DNA of 64,000 nucleotides from Podarcis gaigeae (taxonomy: Eukaryota). The notes under the pieces are model-generated. The model did no database searches and had not been told where the DNA came from. It was given only the letters and a program-made list of their open reading frames with translations. Position 1 is the stretch's first letter. Each line of letters starts with the position of its first letter. Both the position numbers and the translations under genes were made by a program. The stretch lies in NCBI GenBank assembly GCA_964106915.2, contig OZ066914.1; one strand, 5' to 3'. Positions 50,823 through 63,990 of this stretch are shown here, piece by piece.

Positions 50823-53800
50823 TTCAATTACCTTCTGCTTTTTGAGCCTTTCAAGAATTCATTATATGGCCCAGACAGTTACTACAACAAATCCTATGGA
50901 CAAAAAAAAAAAAATGCCCCTGAGCTGTGTCTGACTAAACATCTGTATTTCTAAATGTATTAAATCTGCAAGTCACAGGTTAGATCAGAGTATCCTGCCT
51001 GCAGAGAAGGAAAGATAGAGAAGCAGCAACTCTACATTTGACTTGACCACACATACTTAATGCCCAGAAACCATAGATGGTATAAAGAAAGCTCATGACT
51101 AGTGCTCACCCATAAGAGAGATCTACTTCTGATTCCGATCAGAAATTATCTTCAAAAAGGGTTGAGAGAAGCAGCAGCTCTCAGTTTTCATGTCATCCTC
51201 TTCCTGGGGTTTGACACTGCAACATTGTGTGCCCTTGCAACAATGGGAGAGCACCATTTTATACTTGGTGGTAGGAAACTGTCTTAGCTGGAGCTCTCCA
51301 TAGTTATTTTAGCAATCCCGCCATGATGCAAGTGTGTTTGAAGCCAGATCACAGTTAACTGTATGAGGACAAATGCTTTCAGTTGGAGAATCACTCCCCT
51401 CTCAATAGATAAAGATGACAAACCATCACAACCACTCAATCAGTGTCATAGCTCCTCCACTTCGGAAAGCGGTTCCACAATATCTTGCATATCATCACCC
51501 CTCTTTTATTTCCGAAACCTTGGGAAAAGTTGTCTGACTAAGACAGAGGGATGCTAGTAATAGATAACAAATATCCAGGGACTACAAGATCTCAGGTATA
51601 GTAAATGAGAATTTGTGGAGAATTGCTAAACCTCTTGAGTTTATTTCTTTCAGTTTATTCAGGTTTATTTCCTCCCTATTTATTTCAACTGAATCTACAA
51701 GACAAGGTTGTGGGTTCTGAATCTGCTGAGCCCCTGGTAGATGGGAACTGACATCCCAGTTCTTCTTTCATCTCCTTTTCCTAGTTTGTAATAAACATTC
51801 TGAATCACCCCAAGACACTCACTGAACCAGAAGCAGACCCTGCCCAGCCTGGATGGCTCCTGACTGGTAGAATTCCATTGATCTGCCAATCATTCCCCTA
51901 TCTAGTCACCCTGATGGGGAGGGCTATTTACTGTGTTATGTCATCTCTTATGGATCACTAGGGAGAGGCCCTTGCATCTGGCAAGCCTGATGCTGATCTT
52001 ATGTAAGTCAACGTAAGTATACAATTTAGAATTCTGTATGTTCTTTCATTAGTCTCTTTTATTGCTATCTTTTATTGCTTTTAAATACACTTTGTTAATT
52101 TAAACTCTGGGGTTGGGTGGATTTGCTTACCCACCAGATTGGCTAGGCAAGCAGGTGGAGCAGTCTTGGGATCACATGCAAGGCTTAAAAGGACAGGTAA
52201 ATGGGAGGAACAGGATTGTGCCCTGATTTGCAGTGACCAGTTGTTTTCTTCCTCTCAGGTGACTAGACTACCCTCGAGTCCAGAGGTTATCCTTGACTTA
52301 CTGCTATGGTGCACAGAGGAATGGCTGTAACAAAAAGGTCCTGATCTCTGTCCTCCATGTCTTAGGAAGAAAGGCTTGTCTTTTTCCAAATCCATGGGTT
52401 ACAGATTAGAATGCCTAGCAGAGAGGCAGGGAAAACCCAGTGGTAATTAGCTGGAAACCACCAGTGGTCACTCAAGGCTAACTGGGATACAGAACATTTT
52501 AAAATGTGCTGTGCCCATACAGTCTTTGTCCCCCACCATCAGAAAACCTGCAACTAACCATCTGTGTTGTTTTACTTATGAGGAGACCAGAAGTCTGTTT
52601 TAATTAGAGAAGGAAAGAATAGCTAGATGGTTCTTTTTGGTTTTTTCACCTTGAAACAACACTCTGCTTTGTGCCTATTGTCATCTTCTTCCTTGTTTAT
52701 TTTTTTAATAAATTTTATATAAATTGGCTGTGGGGTTCTTGGCTGTGTTAATGCAATAATCCATAGAACTGGCAATCTCCCACATGCCTACACACTGGAC
52801 GCATACTAGTGGTGTGAATGAGTGTGGCCTGACCAGGGGTTGTGGGGAGCAGGCTGCTCTGATCTCTGGGATGGGAGCTAGCCCTGCTTTCCCAATAAGT
52901 TGAGAAGAATTTGCCCAGGAAGCACAGCTGTCATTTTAAACATACATGCTTTGGACTGCAAGAAATCACTTCCACCTGGGTGCAGAGGGTACTAAAGGGG
53001 AGTGTGGTGGCAGCAAACCAGGTAGCTTAATTGACAGTTGTGCAAAGAAGGCCATAAGCAGACACTCTTTGCCTCCACTTTCATTACAGTAGAAAACTTA
53101 CTTGTGAATAAATTCACAAAGCACTTCCAGTCTGGCTTGCATCACAGGGTGGGTGGAATGGTGTTCATGACAATATTGCTCAAATACCACATGAAAGTTG
53201 TTGTTACTCCTGCTATTGTCCATTTAGCCTGTCTCAGCTGGAACTGTTTATTATTATCATCACACCACCATCTTTAATAGTAAGAGACGCATATTGTACA
53301 AACATAGAATATGTTTTTTAAAAAAAATACTGCTAGTCCAGAGTGTGAGTTACAATTCAGAACATTAAAAGGAGATACGATCTTGCCTTTTGAAGTACAC
53401 TACCTGGAACCTAAGAGATATGCCACCATTTTCAACTCAGAGTGCGGATTGTATGATCCTGAGCAGATTTATTGTTCTGCAATTGTGTAAAGTTAGTTAA
53501 ATAGGTAACAGCACTCTGGAAAAAGGGATTTCAAAACTCTATAAACAAGACAAATCCTTTAAAATAAGGAGGTATCCATCAATTCCAAGATGAGAAAAAG
53601 AAAGGTTAGAAATATCCTCCAGTTGAAACAGACCCTACATGGCAAACCAGTGAATGCAATTACAACCATTTTGGGTTTGAATCTGCACTTTGTTCTCTCC
53701 CCACTGCACCCCATGATAAAAGTTTTCATCAAATACTGTACTGGAAGCTTACAAGCTGCAGAAACTCATCTCTCAAACTCTACTCTAAACATGGTGCAGT

Positions 53801-54928
53801 CTTTAAATGTTATCTTTACTGAATTCAAGCCAAATACAGTACCCAAAAAACAGAAGCTGCTGTACACTTCTTCTGTCTTTTTTTGGAACTGATCAAAAAC
53901 ACAGGCATGGTTCTGATTCCCAAACATGTAAAAATTTGGCAAGCATTTGAACAGTGAGCAGCACTAGCAATGTATCTTTTTATTTATTTACTTTTTCCAC
54001 TTTCAACAAACAAGCATAAGGACAGGGGAGGGAAAATAATGTAATCTAGTGGAAATTGCACATCTTTATCATGAATCATTCTGATAAAGTAATGAGTCAA
54101 GAAAGTAGTTTTGTGTTGCTCCATATAACTAATCTTTGCAGCAATTCTAGGAATCACAATGTTCTTGCCATTTAAGAATCAGGCAAATAAATGACTGGCT
54201 ATTTCTTGCCAGGTTAAAGATAGCAGCTGTTTGGGGACCCTGAAAGCCACAGCTGACCAGGGAATAATGCTGCAACTACAATAAATTGCTTCTGAAATCT
54301 AACAGGTACAGGTGTTAAATAGTAATTTACAACCAGAAAAAGCAAGATACATAAATAAAATACCCCATTCAGCATTCTCCCCACCATTTGCCAAAAAAAC
54401 GGTTCTGAATATTTGACTCATTGTTACTATTAAACCAGATTTGAAGGCCCTGGAGGGATTGGCTGCACTACAGAATTCCTTGCTGGAAAAAGGTGCACAT
54501 ACAGTTATTGTTTTCAAAAGTGAAATTGGGTAACTTATTAGAGGGAAATTTAAACATTATCAAACAGAATTTTAAAACACTGCCAATATATATATTGTCT
54601 GAATTGACCTCTAACAATGCTGTGGCCCACACACTGTTTTGCGCTCCCCAGGCTAACAAAGAAACTTTGTTCTAACAACCCACATTTTAGCCAGCAATGC
54701 ACACATGCGCCCCTGCTACAGCAAACAAGATACAAAATCACTTGGACATAAATTTAAATATGATAATTCCGCCCTAAGGAAGAACTAGCTATAATCAATT
54801 AGTAATTAATAGCAAAGGATGAAAAGGCCACATGTCAAATCAGACTTCTCACACAGGTCAATAAAGAAATAGGACGAGGGAGAGACCCAGACTTTTTATG
54901 CCAGACTAGCAGGGTGATGGCATGGCTA

Positions 54929-55268
54929 GGTAAAGGTAAAGGGTAAAGGGACCCCTGGACCATTAGTTCCAGTCGTGACCGACTCTGGGGTTGCGGGGGC
55001 TCATCTCGCTTTATTGGCCAAGGGAGCCAGCGTACAGCTTCCGGGTCATGTGGCCAGCATGACTAAGCCACTTCTGGCGAACCAGAGCAGCGCACGGAAA
55101 CGCCGTTTACCTTCCTGCCGGAGCAGTACCTATTTATCTACTTGCTAGGTTGGCAGGAGCTGGGACAGAGAAACGGGAGCTCACCGCGTCGCGGGGATTT
55201 GAACCGCCGACCTTCTGATTGGGAAGTCCTAGGCTCAGTGGTTTAGACCACAGCGCCACCCGCGTCCC
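54929..55268 (-). mobile_element. Near full-length Sauria SINE with TSD
   Basis: Minus strand starts GGGACGCGGGTGGCGCTGTGG (tRNA-related head, B-box-like GGTTCAAATCC) and ends in (ACCTTT)n; TSD tggcatg(g/c)cta at 54918-54928 and 55270-55280. Confidence 0.95.
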
Positions 55269-57654
55269 TTGGCATGCCTACAAGGTACCAATAAGGCACC
55301 TTCTCCATGTTAGAAGGATAAGCATAATAGCTTCAGCCACTCACTAAGGCTTGATGTTTATGCAAGACTACTTGAGATGTAGTAAGCATCCAGGGCAGAA
55401 GTGAGGGAAGCAGATGACAGTGTGTCTTTCACCCTCCTCTTATGCATCTGCCTCCAGCAGTGGTTGTAGCTCTTGCGGACCCCTGCTTAAGAGCATGTGC
55501 CACTGAGCTCTGTGGTACCTCTGAGGTAAATGTGCATAGAGTCAAGCTTTCAAGGTGACAGTGTAGTTAGGCATTAGTTTTGTGGTGTGAGGTTTTTGTT
55601 TAATCGATCACTTTTAATAGTTACCATATTCCCATGTAGGGTTTTGTTTTGTAGGAACACAAATTTCACATATGTGTATTCAACAAGCCTTCAGGAACTC
55701 TTTAAGAATCATAGAGAGAGAATGTTTCTTAACAAATCCAAGTTTCATGTATGCTTGAAGGTTTTTGCTACATTTTTTCCAGTAATGGTGTGCAAACACT
55801 TTCATTAATATTCATTTACAACAAGAAGTTTTAAAATCCGTAAAAACCAACCCTTTCAGAGGACTGAACAAGTAGCCAATCATTCATTCAAGGCTGAAAT
55901 ATTTGGTCAGGATACTGGTGTGTTTTGCAAGTGCCCACTTTTGGGAGCAGTGTATGTTATTAATTAGTCGGGGGGGGGGTCATAAATCCTAATCAGAAAA
56001 CATTCATAATGGGTCTCTCCCCACCCCCCCACCCCCGCTCAAACTGAGCCATGCCTGCAGTTAAGCAATTCAGTCTGTTATCTTTCAGAAAAACTCACAG
56101 CGTTATCTCACCCTTCACAAGCTAAGCAGCTTGTGTTCAGCTGCCAAAGTACAAATCATTGCTTCTCAGCAGGTGGTCTTTTTAAATTGAACAGAGAGGA
56201 AAGGTATCACAGAATAGCTCCGAGTAATCATGTCAATGCTGCCGTTATCAGATACATTTATTTTACCTGTGCTCTTCATACTTATGCAACAGCAACAGGG
56301 AAAGATGTTTCAAGCATAATGCATAGCACGTCTCCCATCTCCTAGGACTTGGCTTGCATTTTCCCCAAAAATAAACAAACTGGTTCTGGTCAGTGTCTAC
56401 CTGTCACATTAGGGCTTAATGCTCAACTGACATTATGTTGCAATTCAACTGAGTGGAGGTAGAAGCCTATGTGCAGATCAAATGCTACACAGCTTGTTTT
56501 AATGGTGTCCAGCTATACAGCCATAACCATAGTTCTATCTATATTGGCTGATGTGTTGAATTGGCTTTTAACACCCAATCACAATCTGTTGGAGTGGGAG
56601 GGTCAGCAACTGACACCAGGTGTCAAAAACCAATCTGGACTTCATCAGCATACAAATATCAGCTCAGCTTGCAATACAACATGGTGAGAAAAAAATAATC
56701 ATATGATGGCCAGAAGGACTGTGCAGATAAAACTGACATGGTAGTGCCCATCTTCACAAATATTAAAATCCTAAAGAGATTTAGTGACCACTTCAGCAGT
56801 CTAGTAATCAGACAATGAACCAACCCCTCGCATTCCCAGTTCTAAGATACCGACATAACGTCATCTATGCACAAACCTATACCAACTATCTTTACATTAA
56901 AAAGTCACTGCATTGATTCACAGCATCCCAAATACCTGATAGTGCAGCAAAACCACTTTGGATCCTAAAATAGCACTTTATCATATTATTCAGAAAGTGT
57001 TCAACAACTTTCCCACTAAGATCTCAATCTCATTACTCACCTGATGACTGCTATGTGGCTTATTATTGCAAGGTATTGGAAGACTCTAAATACATACTTG
57101 TTTGAGATATGAATCACACAACTCTGCGACTTAATATTAACTGACAAACTGACAACCCATGTCCAAGAGTCAAACAGACAAGAAAAGTCCCAGAAAAGGG
57201 TCGTAATCAACATAGTGGAATGCAATCATTTACAAGTATTCTGAGTTAAGACAATGCTCCTTTCTCTGCCTCAGCTTCCCCTTCTACACTTTGCACATCT
57301 GCCTCATCTAGCTACAAACACAGCTGCTGTCAGTATTATATCCAGATGGTGGAGTGTTACCTTGATATTTTCAAACATTATGTTATAAGCTCAGAGAAAA
57401 TGTCAACATGGAACTGAAGGGAACAATTTCTTTTCCCTTAGAGGGGAGAAATATTTATCCATTATAGGGGAAGGGTGGGAAGCCAGGGATTTCGGTTCTC
57501 AATAGCCTCTTGAAACAAAAATATATTCCTCAGACAGGCGTTTAGCATAGATATACCCTCATACAATAACGGCTCTCCAGTACTGATCTTTTAACCAAAT
57601 CACAACACTGCAACAAACTATTCACGGAGAGACGAAGATACTACTTCGCACACC

Positions 57655-57775
57655 AGGTTCCCTTCAGACATTTTGGACTACAAGTTCCATCAGCTCCAGC
57701 CATCACAGTGCTGGCTGGCATAGTCAACAGCCAGAGTCCAACAGCATGTAGGGGGCCACTTGGTCCCCATCCCTG
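57655..57775. mobile_element. Palindromic MITE (type of 5088)
   Basis: ccttcagacattttggactacaagttccatc...gtccaacagcatgtagggggccac...ccccatccctg. Confidence 0.55.
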
Positions 57776-57947
57776 CTGTACAGAGTGTCACCTGGTTGCC
57801 ATTACTTCATACTGAAAGAAAAGCTCTTCTGCATAAATCCACAACCATTCTTATTTTCTAGTACTTCATAACTTTGAGGACTGAACACTAGCAATGAAAG
57901 AGGTTCATTGCTCTCTAGCAACATAGGCTCCAGACCCAATATTTTGA

Positions 57948-58057
57948 GGGTGGTAGTCAACGAAATCTTACCCACTGAAATTATGATAGTTAGCTCTGTC
58001 ATGTTTATTAATTTCAATGGGTCCACTCTTGAGTAAAACGAAGTTGAATTACCACCC
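57948..58057. mobile_element. PIF/Harbinger-like MITE
   Basis: TIR gggtggtagtcaac...gttgaattaccaccc; 3-bp flanks tga/tta. Confidence 0.65.
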
Positions 58058-59630
58058 TTAATCACCAGTGGCAATTTGTGCTCTTGATTAGATCACTTCC
58101 ATATCAGGAGCAAGGCATGCTGGTTTTGTTCCATGGGGAAAGGAAACAAACCTCTACTTTTTGGTATATCAGGAATTAAACAGTCAGCTACAACCTGAAG
58201 ATCATAATTAACGTATTGTGATTTGGCAGCATACCCAAGCTACTCCCACATATTTCACTGAAGTGAAATCCTTATCTCCCTGCGCCTATTTCTCACTGAA
58301 GCATAAGGGAAAACTCACAAGAGCCAAACACGTATAACATCCAGATAAGCAAAGAAATCAATTGTTCTAATCCGATATATTTAACAGCAATCTTTTGAGA
58401 TGCAAGGACTACCTTCAACATGACACCCACATTTATTTCATTTTTTTTTAAGTTTCTGTCTCCCATTTTGACTTTCATTTGAAGCAGCCTAGTCAATGAC
58501 TTCTGCATCAATACTCACTTTAGCTTTTCTTTTCTTTTCCCCTAGCATGTATAAGCTCCTTTTCCTTTGGGCCTGTGTGTCATTCATAACAAATCAGCAG
58601 CTAACAAAAGTGGTGGCAGATTGACACTTCCTGAGAAAAGCAACTTTCATGGTGTCTAACATGTTTTGGAAAGGATTCCCTCTTTCACCAGGGGCTGTTC
58701 TATAAAGAGTCAGTTTTTCTCTCCTGTTTTTGTGAGAACCACATGCAGACCACACAGGGCCACTCATGAGTGACCCAGTGACTGATCACAACCCACCAGT
58801 TGACATATTTTAATAGCATCCTACCCAATTTAAAATTTAGTGTAATAGAGATTAGTGCTTCTTTTTAATGATTTAGCCCAATTCAAATCTGTATTCATGG
58901 AATGAAATGAACAACACTGTCTGTCAAATGATGACCTTAGCATGTACATTCTGCAGCAAAACATTGACAGCCATGTTTCCCAACCAAGACTCCACCTACA
59001 ACTTGCTAGTTAGTTCAAGTATCTTTAATCTTTTCACACACAAGCTTTTACATAACTTATATTCCTCAGCGCACAAACCAAGTACACACACACATGCTTC
59101 TCTCCCACACCTCTACATATCCCAAATGTTGTAATTAGTAACTGCTAGTCAAAACTACAGTTTTTGGACTACAGATGTAGTGGGCACACAAATCTTGATG
59201 ATGACAAAGTGTACTCAAAGCATATGCAATCAAAGAGAGCTTGCCTATTTACACCATATTCATTAATCATCAAAGGATATCTTCATATTTTTAGCAAAAT
59301 AAATAATTCTAACAGTTACAGATTCTAGGGCAACATCCTGGAGCTTCATCTTTCACTTTGCTATATTCTGCAATCAGACAGTAGCCAATTTAAAATGGTA
59401 TTGTTAAGTCAATACAATTCTGAGCAAATGGTTCAATATGAACAGTATGTGCATGCTAACTGAGAATGCATTCTCAACTCTGCCTTGTATGCAGATGGTA
59501 AATAAAGAAGCTTTCTCACCTCTGTCCTGTAATAGCTTTGTTATGGACTTTCATTATGAGACATACTTTGCATGTTAAGCATGCCTAGTCCCACAGAACA
59601 CCACTCATCTTAAATGCTCAACTGCACTTA

Positions 59631-59889
59631 CCGTATTTTTCGCTCTATAAGATGCACCAGACCGTAAGACGAACCTAGTTTTTGGAGGAGGAAAACAAGA
59701 AAAAAAAGATTCTGAATCTCAGAAGCCAGAACAACAAGAGGGATCGCTGCTCAGAGAAAGCAGCGATCCCTCTTGCTGTTCTGGCTTCTGGGATAGCTGT
59801 GCAGCCTGCATTCGCTCCATAAGATGCACACACATTTCCCCTTACTTTTTAGGAGGGAAAAAGTGAGTCTAATAGAGCAAAAAATACGG
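59631..59889. mobile_element. Tc1/mariner(pogo/Tc2)-type MITE, family C
   Basis: ta-ccgtatttttcgctctataaga...tctaatagagcaaaaaatacgg-ta; internal ~30-bp-arm hairpin at 59721-59789. Confidence 0.9.
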
Positions 59890-60817
59890 TAAATCCTACA
59901 AATGTCAAGAAGGCACATATACATAATGAAATAGTTTTAACAGCATTCTAAAGGAACTTAATTTTTCTAGCAACACATGTCAAGTGGTAGTTTCAATGGT
60001 AATTAAGACTGAATCCTACAATTACTTTCCTCAATTACTTCTGAGTAAACTACATTTAACATGAATATCTAACAGATACTTTGAACATCGGGGGGGGGGG
60101 AAGCATCAGAAGCCAAGGCTCAGTAATCGTAACCCTATTTACCAGAGATTAAATCCCCTGCATTCAATAGGCCTTGCTTCTGAGTAGACATGGTTAGGAA
60201 TGTGTTGTGATGGCACTTAAATCCCACAACACTTCAGAGATACATATCATCAGCATTAAGCAAATCTATGTGAACTTGGAGTAGCTTTTTGCCATTAGTA
60301 AATAGACTTGGACCTACTGGCAGTCTATCAGATACAACAGATTACTGTCTTATTCCATAAGGACTTCCATTAAACATACCAAGGTAAATACATCCATCCC
60401 ACAGTGGTCACTGAAAAGACTTCACCAACGCATGTTGCTCCCTTTTGTGAATCCCCATCAGAATTCTTCTCACGCACTAATCCAATCTCATGTAGAGGGG
60501 TAGTAACACTAAGGACTCAGCTACACAGCTGCAAATAAAACGTTTTAAATCTGTTGTAAAGTGCAATATACAAATGTGACACTAGATGGTGACAGTGAGT
60601 TATGCAAAATTCAATGTATTTTTCAAAAAAAAAATTATAAAAGCATTTTGATACATGCTGTGGCTTGGTCTAGACATAAAATTTCCTGTTCCTTGAGCAT
60701 GACTGAAGCATATGAAAAAGGCCACATAGATACAGTGTAGCATTTTGCTATAACCTGTTAAAGATAAACTCCATATCTATTATATCTATCATACTGTTGT
60801 AATAAAAAATAGAATTA

Positions 60818-61049
60818 CAGTGCTACCTTGGTTTACAACCATAATCCGTTCCGGAGGTCCGGTTGTAAACTAAAATAGGCTGTAACCTAAGGCGTGCTTT
60901 TGCCAATGGGGCCTCCAAAAAATGGGTTGTAATTTAAAAAAAAGAAAAAAGATTGTAATCCAAAAAAAGGGACACACACTTCTGAGTTTGACATGGTTGT
61001 AATCCAAAACGATTGTAATCCAAAACGGTTGCAAACCAAGGTACCACTG
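60818..61049. mobile_element. Tc1/mariner(pogo)-type MITE, divergent relative of family A
   Basis: ta-cagtgctaccttggtttac...gcaaaccaaggtaccactg-ta; shares cgttccggaggtcc and aatggggcctcc with family A. Confidence 0.85.
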
Positions 61050-63681
61050 TACTGTTCCTTTAGACAAGGAGGACAAAAAATGTAAGGCATTCCCTGTTTA
61101 AGTGTTTGTACTATCAAATCAGAATATATTTTAATACCTTTTCATTCAGCAATTTCTTACAGCTTTGAGTAATCTACATACAATGTATACAACAAATTAT
61201 TTAAAGATAGTATTCCTTTTCATTAGATTCTGCTTATACATTAGAAAATATTAAAGTTGGAGCCATGGTTTATCCTTTCAATATTGCATATGCCCCATAT
61301 TGCCTTCTAGGCTTTTTACTTCAACTGTCTATCTTTGAACAGTGTTGTTGGATAGCTGGAGTTGGAGAGAACGTTTTGCTATAGCCTTTGTAGTACATTA
61401 GACAGTGATGCAGCCCAGAGCCATAGCTGGGAGGGGTAGCTGGGGGTTTTTTGCAGGTGATGCAGCCAGCGCCACCACTCAATACCTATGATTTCCTTAT
61501 CTCAAGGAATCCTGTACTCATTTGAGTTTGAACAGTGCACATAAAACTCAACATATGGTGAGCTCTGGAATACATTCACTGCATTACCCACCTGGAACTT
61601 GCTCATCTCCATAAGGTCAGGATAGTATTTGCCTCATTTTAATTCCTTCCTTCATGCTTTTTTTTAAATTAAAATGTCTACTGCATGTTGCACTGAGGCT
61701 TTCACTGACCAAACCTTCCATAACAACCGCCAAGCCTCTTCTGGGTGATTATAATTAGAACCCAATAAGGTGCATGAGTAAATCAAATGAATCCTTTTGA
61801 TGTACGCTACCTTGCTTTTGTCAACAGAAGAGTAATTTGTGTAAGGTCACAACCCAAGTCAGTAACGAAACTCCGCACAAACCCCCAGAGGGTTCCAACC
61901 CAGGGTCACATGATCCAACAATGCCACCTAATACAGGAAGTCACTTGGGGAAAGGGGTTGAGCACAGGACAAGCCCAAGGGGAGCAGCCAGATTTACACA
62001 ACAGGCATAGCTGTTTATGGCAGATTCACACATGTTTACCTTATCCAGAGAATCTGCTTATAGGTATCACTTCTAAAGGGGCTTATTCTACTCCATGGAC
62101 TGACTAGTGAAGCTGCTGCGTGTCTGCATCAGGAAAAGGGAAGCACATGCAAATTGGTCTCTGCTGAAAAGTCGCAAATATTACATTGTTAGCCAAGCTC
62201 TACAAGATGCCTTCCTTCTACTCTCAGTTTATTATGTCTGAAAGTCAAAGCAAATGCAAAGCAACTGGCAGTTCAGCATTGGTTGCAAAGGGATTTATTA
62301 ATGCAGGGAAGTGTATAAAGTTACATAATGGAAAAGGCTGTTTGTTTCATCTCCTTAACTTTAGATGGAGCCTCGCGGAAAAGCAGAAAACCTGTTGCCA
62401 GGCTGAGTGTAAACACAACAAGTGCAATTAAAACGAAGTCTGCTGCACTGTTGGTGCCACCTGTGCCTACTCATCCTCGCCTCCTACCAATCACTTTGAT
62501 AGTTGCTTGGTACAGTAAAATGTTTCTAATACAAGATGTTCTTGAGCAGATAGAGAACTGTGTTGGGGGGAAACAATTACATTTTCAGAAGAAAGGAGGA
62601 GGAGAAAATATTGCACCAAAGTCTTAAACACTGTACTTCCAAATAAGTACAGAGGATTGCAGTCTTCTAGCCTACTGTTATGCACGTTTACTGATAAGAG
62701 GTTTCTGGTACAGCTCACATGCATTCACAGACTGGTTTCTTTTTTTATAGCTGTTGATACATGCTCTGAGCCTTAGGGGTAGGGTGGGTCAAATAGCAGA
62801 GTTCAAGGAAGAGGCCACATGCTTATAAATCTAGCGCAACAAGGAACATGTATGCATAGCTGAGCCTCAGCTGACTGTAAATCACAATACATTGCGGTGC
62901 ATTTGGTGGGTGTTTGCGGTTCAAGCTTCAATGGCCAATGCGTGCTTCAGTTTCAACATCGCAATGAGATCTTCTCACGGTTTGGGGGGGGTAGGAAAAA
63001 AATCAACTAACTTTACATAGGGAGAGGGAAGCCCATCCCGCCGCGCCGCCAGAAGAATTAAGCCCGCAAGGCCATATAATCTGATTTTACGGCAGGCTGA
63101 GCATCTTCTGAAAAGCCCAGGAGCCAATAGGCAAACGGCGGAGCCAGAGACTCGGTCCTCAAATATGTGCGACTCTCGGGGGCCGAAGCAAAGAGACGCG
63201 AGCAGGTTGAACAGGCTAAGCCGCTCCGCCGAAGGCTGCGAGCGAGTGGATTTTCCCCAAGGAATGGAAACGGCAGGCAGATCGCGAGGTGGCCCCACCC
63301 TCCCCCAGTAGGGGACCAGCAGGGGGAAATAAAAGTGCCGGGTGATTCGCCCAGCGGCTGAGTCCCAACTTGTGGAAGGCGCTGCCCATGGCAGGAGGGG
63401 GCCCACAATACAAAGGTCCAAGGAAACCAAGGGAGAGCGAGAGACGTTCCCGGCGACCAGCGGGAGAAAAGAAGAGGCATCTGTTGCGGCTCCCGCGAGG
63501 GAAGCGGGCGGAGGGGGGTATAATTGTGTGAAGAGGCGGGACTGGAGAGAAGGGGGTTCTGGGGCTCCAAAAGTAAAGGCAGGAGGCGGGTAAATCGCAC
63601 GGGACAACACGGAAACGGTGTCCGTGTGGGAGGCAGGGAGAAAGAGCGACCCGAGAGTCCATGGCGCGCACACTCCCTTAC

Positions 63682-63990
63682 CTGGCCGAGTCTCCGCTCG
63701 CTTAAGCCGGGACAGAAACAGCCGAGCAAATCCTCTTTCCCGAGTCCAGCCCCTCCGGCGGCGGCTGTGCGGCTTCTTTCCGCCTTCTCTCGGCGCTGGC
63801 AGAACTGCTCCTGCCTCCCGCGGCGCAAGGTCACCCGCTCCCCTCCAGTGGGCGAGCTGGCCCCTCGGTGTCGTCGTGCAGCATTCCGCTTCGCTCTTCT
63901 GGCTCCGGGTTTCGTAAAGCGCCCCCCACGGCCACGGCCCCCCGCGAGGGTTGCAGCAAGTTGCTGGCTCGCTCGCTCGCTCGCGCACTA
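63682..63990 (-). other. RASSF7: Predicted non-coding exon 1 (5' UTR) of RASSF7
   Basis: Strong donor CAG|GTAAGG at 63682/63681 inside the CpG island, with a GCGA-repeat leader near 63965-63985. The TSS is not determinable and may lie beyond the window. Confidence 0.7.
63831..63884 (-). promoter_or_regulatory. Candidate uORF MLHDDTEGPARPLEGSG* in exon 1
   Basis: The only minus-strand ATG I found in the predicted exon 1; G at -3; valid only if the TSS is upstream of 63884. Confidence 0.4.

Larger units (their letters stand above)
15055..63990 (-). other. RASSF7: RASSF7 gene span (N-terminal RASSF family, Ras-association domain protein 7); both ends approximate
   Basis: The coding exons join in consistent phase with GT-AG boundaries into a 430/436-aa protein: N-terminal RA domain ([31 protein letters not shown]), coiled coils, and the RASSF7-type ELRQCNLQQFIQQTG segment. 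The 5' end is inferred from the CpG island, the 3' end from the polyA signal. Confidence 0.93.

Noticed and set aside
4002-61049. Recurrent cagtggtacctc...gaggtaccactg repeats as a CRISPR-like or novel array
   Set aside because: They are dispersed, TIR-bounded and TA-flanked with shared interiors, i.e. ordinary MITEs, not repeat-spacer arrays.
15055-63990. Calling the gene RASSF8
   Set aside because: Although the EGVYV end is RASSF8-like, the residues [34 protein letters not shown] and ELRQCNLQQ follow RASSF7 as I recall it.
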